Origin: Octopus bimaculoides
Lineage: Eukaryota
Length of the DNA: 64,000 nt
Assembly (NCBI RefSeq): GCF_001194135.2
Contig: NC_069002.1
Coordinates: 28,349,818-28,413,817 of the forward strand
Direction of reading: 5' to 3'
Shown here: piece after piece, positions 63,521 through 64,000 of the stretch
How positions within the stretch are numbered: position 1 is the first letter of the stretch
How the letters are laid out: each line of letters opens with the position of its first letter
Program-made: the position numbers and the translations under genes
Notes under the pieces: model-generated
What the model was told of the DNA's origin: nothing
What the model saw: only the letters and a program-made list of their open reading frames with translations
The model's database searches: none

Positions 63521-64000
63521 GAAAGAGTAAAGAGCTGTAACTGTGTTACAAGTTCAAGCCCTGCCGTCGGTCAGCTTTAACTTTCATCTTTCTAGAGACG
63601 ATGAAATAAAATACCAGTCGTATATATGGTGCTTTATAACAATGTAACCTTTAAAATTCGGGAAATGGTTGCGTGAATACTTGTCAAACAGGAAAACACC
63701 AAATAAATAAAATGCCTTTTTCTTAAGAGTAATTTTTATACTTATTTTCGTTTAATATAAATACAAGATCTATAATAATTGTTAGTCGTTCACACAAAAT
63801 TCATAATTTCATTATGGAAAAGTGCCATAAATATATTCTCTTTCCTTTGCATCCATCGAGAGTATAAATTCGTTTGAGATTTCCACATTGTACGAACGTA
63901 CATCAATTGATGATGTCCTCTGTTCTCTAATTAAACATCAATTGATGATGTCTGCCGTTAACAAAAACCAGGCCATTCCCAGGCAATGTACTTCCTGTCC

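Noticed and set aside
1-64000. CRISPR arrays, operons, rRNA or prokaryotic systems
   Set aside because: No regularly spaced repeat-spacer structure, no rRNA-like sequence and no gene-dense region; this is eukaryotic intron-type DNA.

Overview
AT-rich, gap-riddled eukaryotic genomic DNA dominated by microsatellites and SINEs. The repeat content (tRNA-headed SINE families, dense TA/TG/TATC microsatellites) points to a coleoid cephalopod, most likely Octopus; this is an inference from recalled repeat types, not a database hit. Only one protein-coding exon is supportable: the first coding exon of a tincar-like multi-pass membrane protein gene (+, ATG 35164 to GT donor 35624). It is preceded by a strong acceptor at 34699-34700 and a 63-codon upstream ORF. 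No further exon was recognised, so 35624-64000 is probably one intron of more than 28 kb. The rest is about four SINE families (called A-D here), decayed LINE fragments (RTE x2, R4/Dong-like RT, RNase H-bearing I-group-like, L1/Tx1-like), MITEs and simple repeats. The most notable signal, not visible in the ORF track, is a set of short elements mostly sitting inside (TA)n tracts that carry minimal type I hammerhead-ribozyme folds. The best case is 23213-23272; others are at 7987-8056, 47280-47327 with its sister at 32372-32390, and more decayed copies. Such motifs are known from Penelope-like retroelements. Every copy here has a damaged catalytic core, so activity is not claimed. Almost all listed ORFs are artefacts of gaps or microsatellites. 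Repeat boundaries are read by eye (about +/-15 bp).
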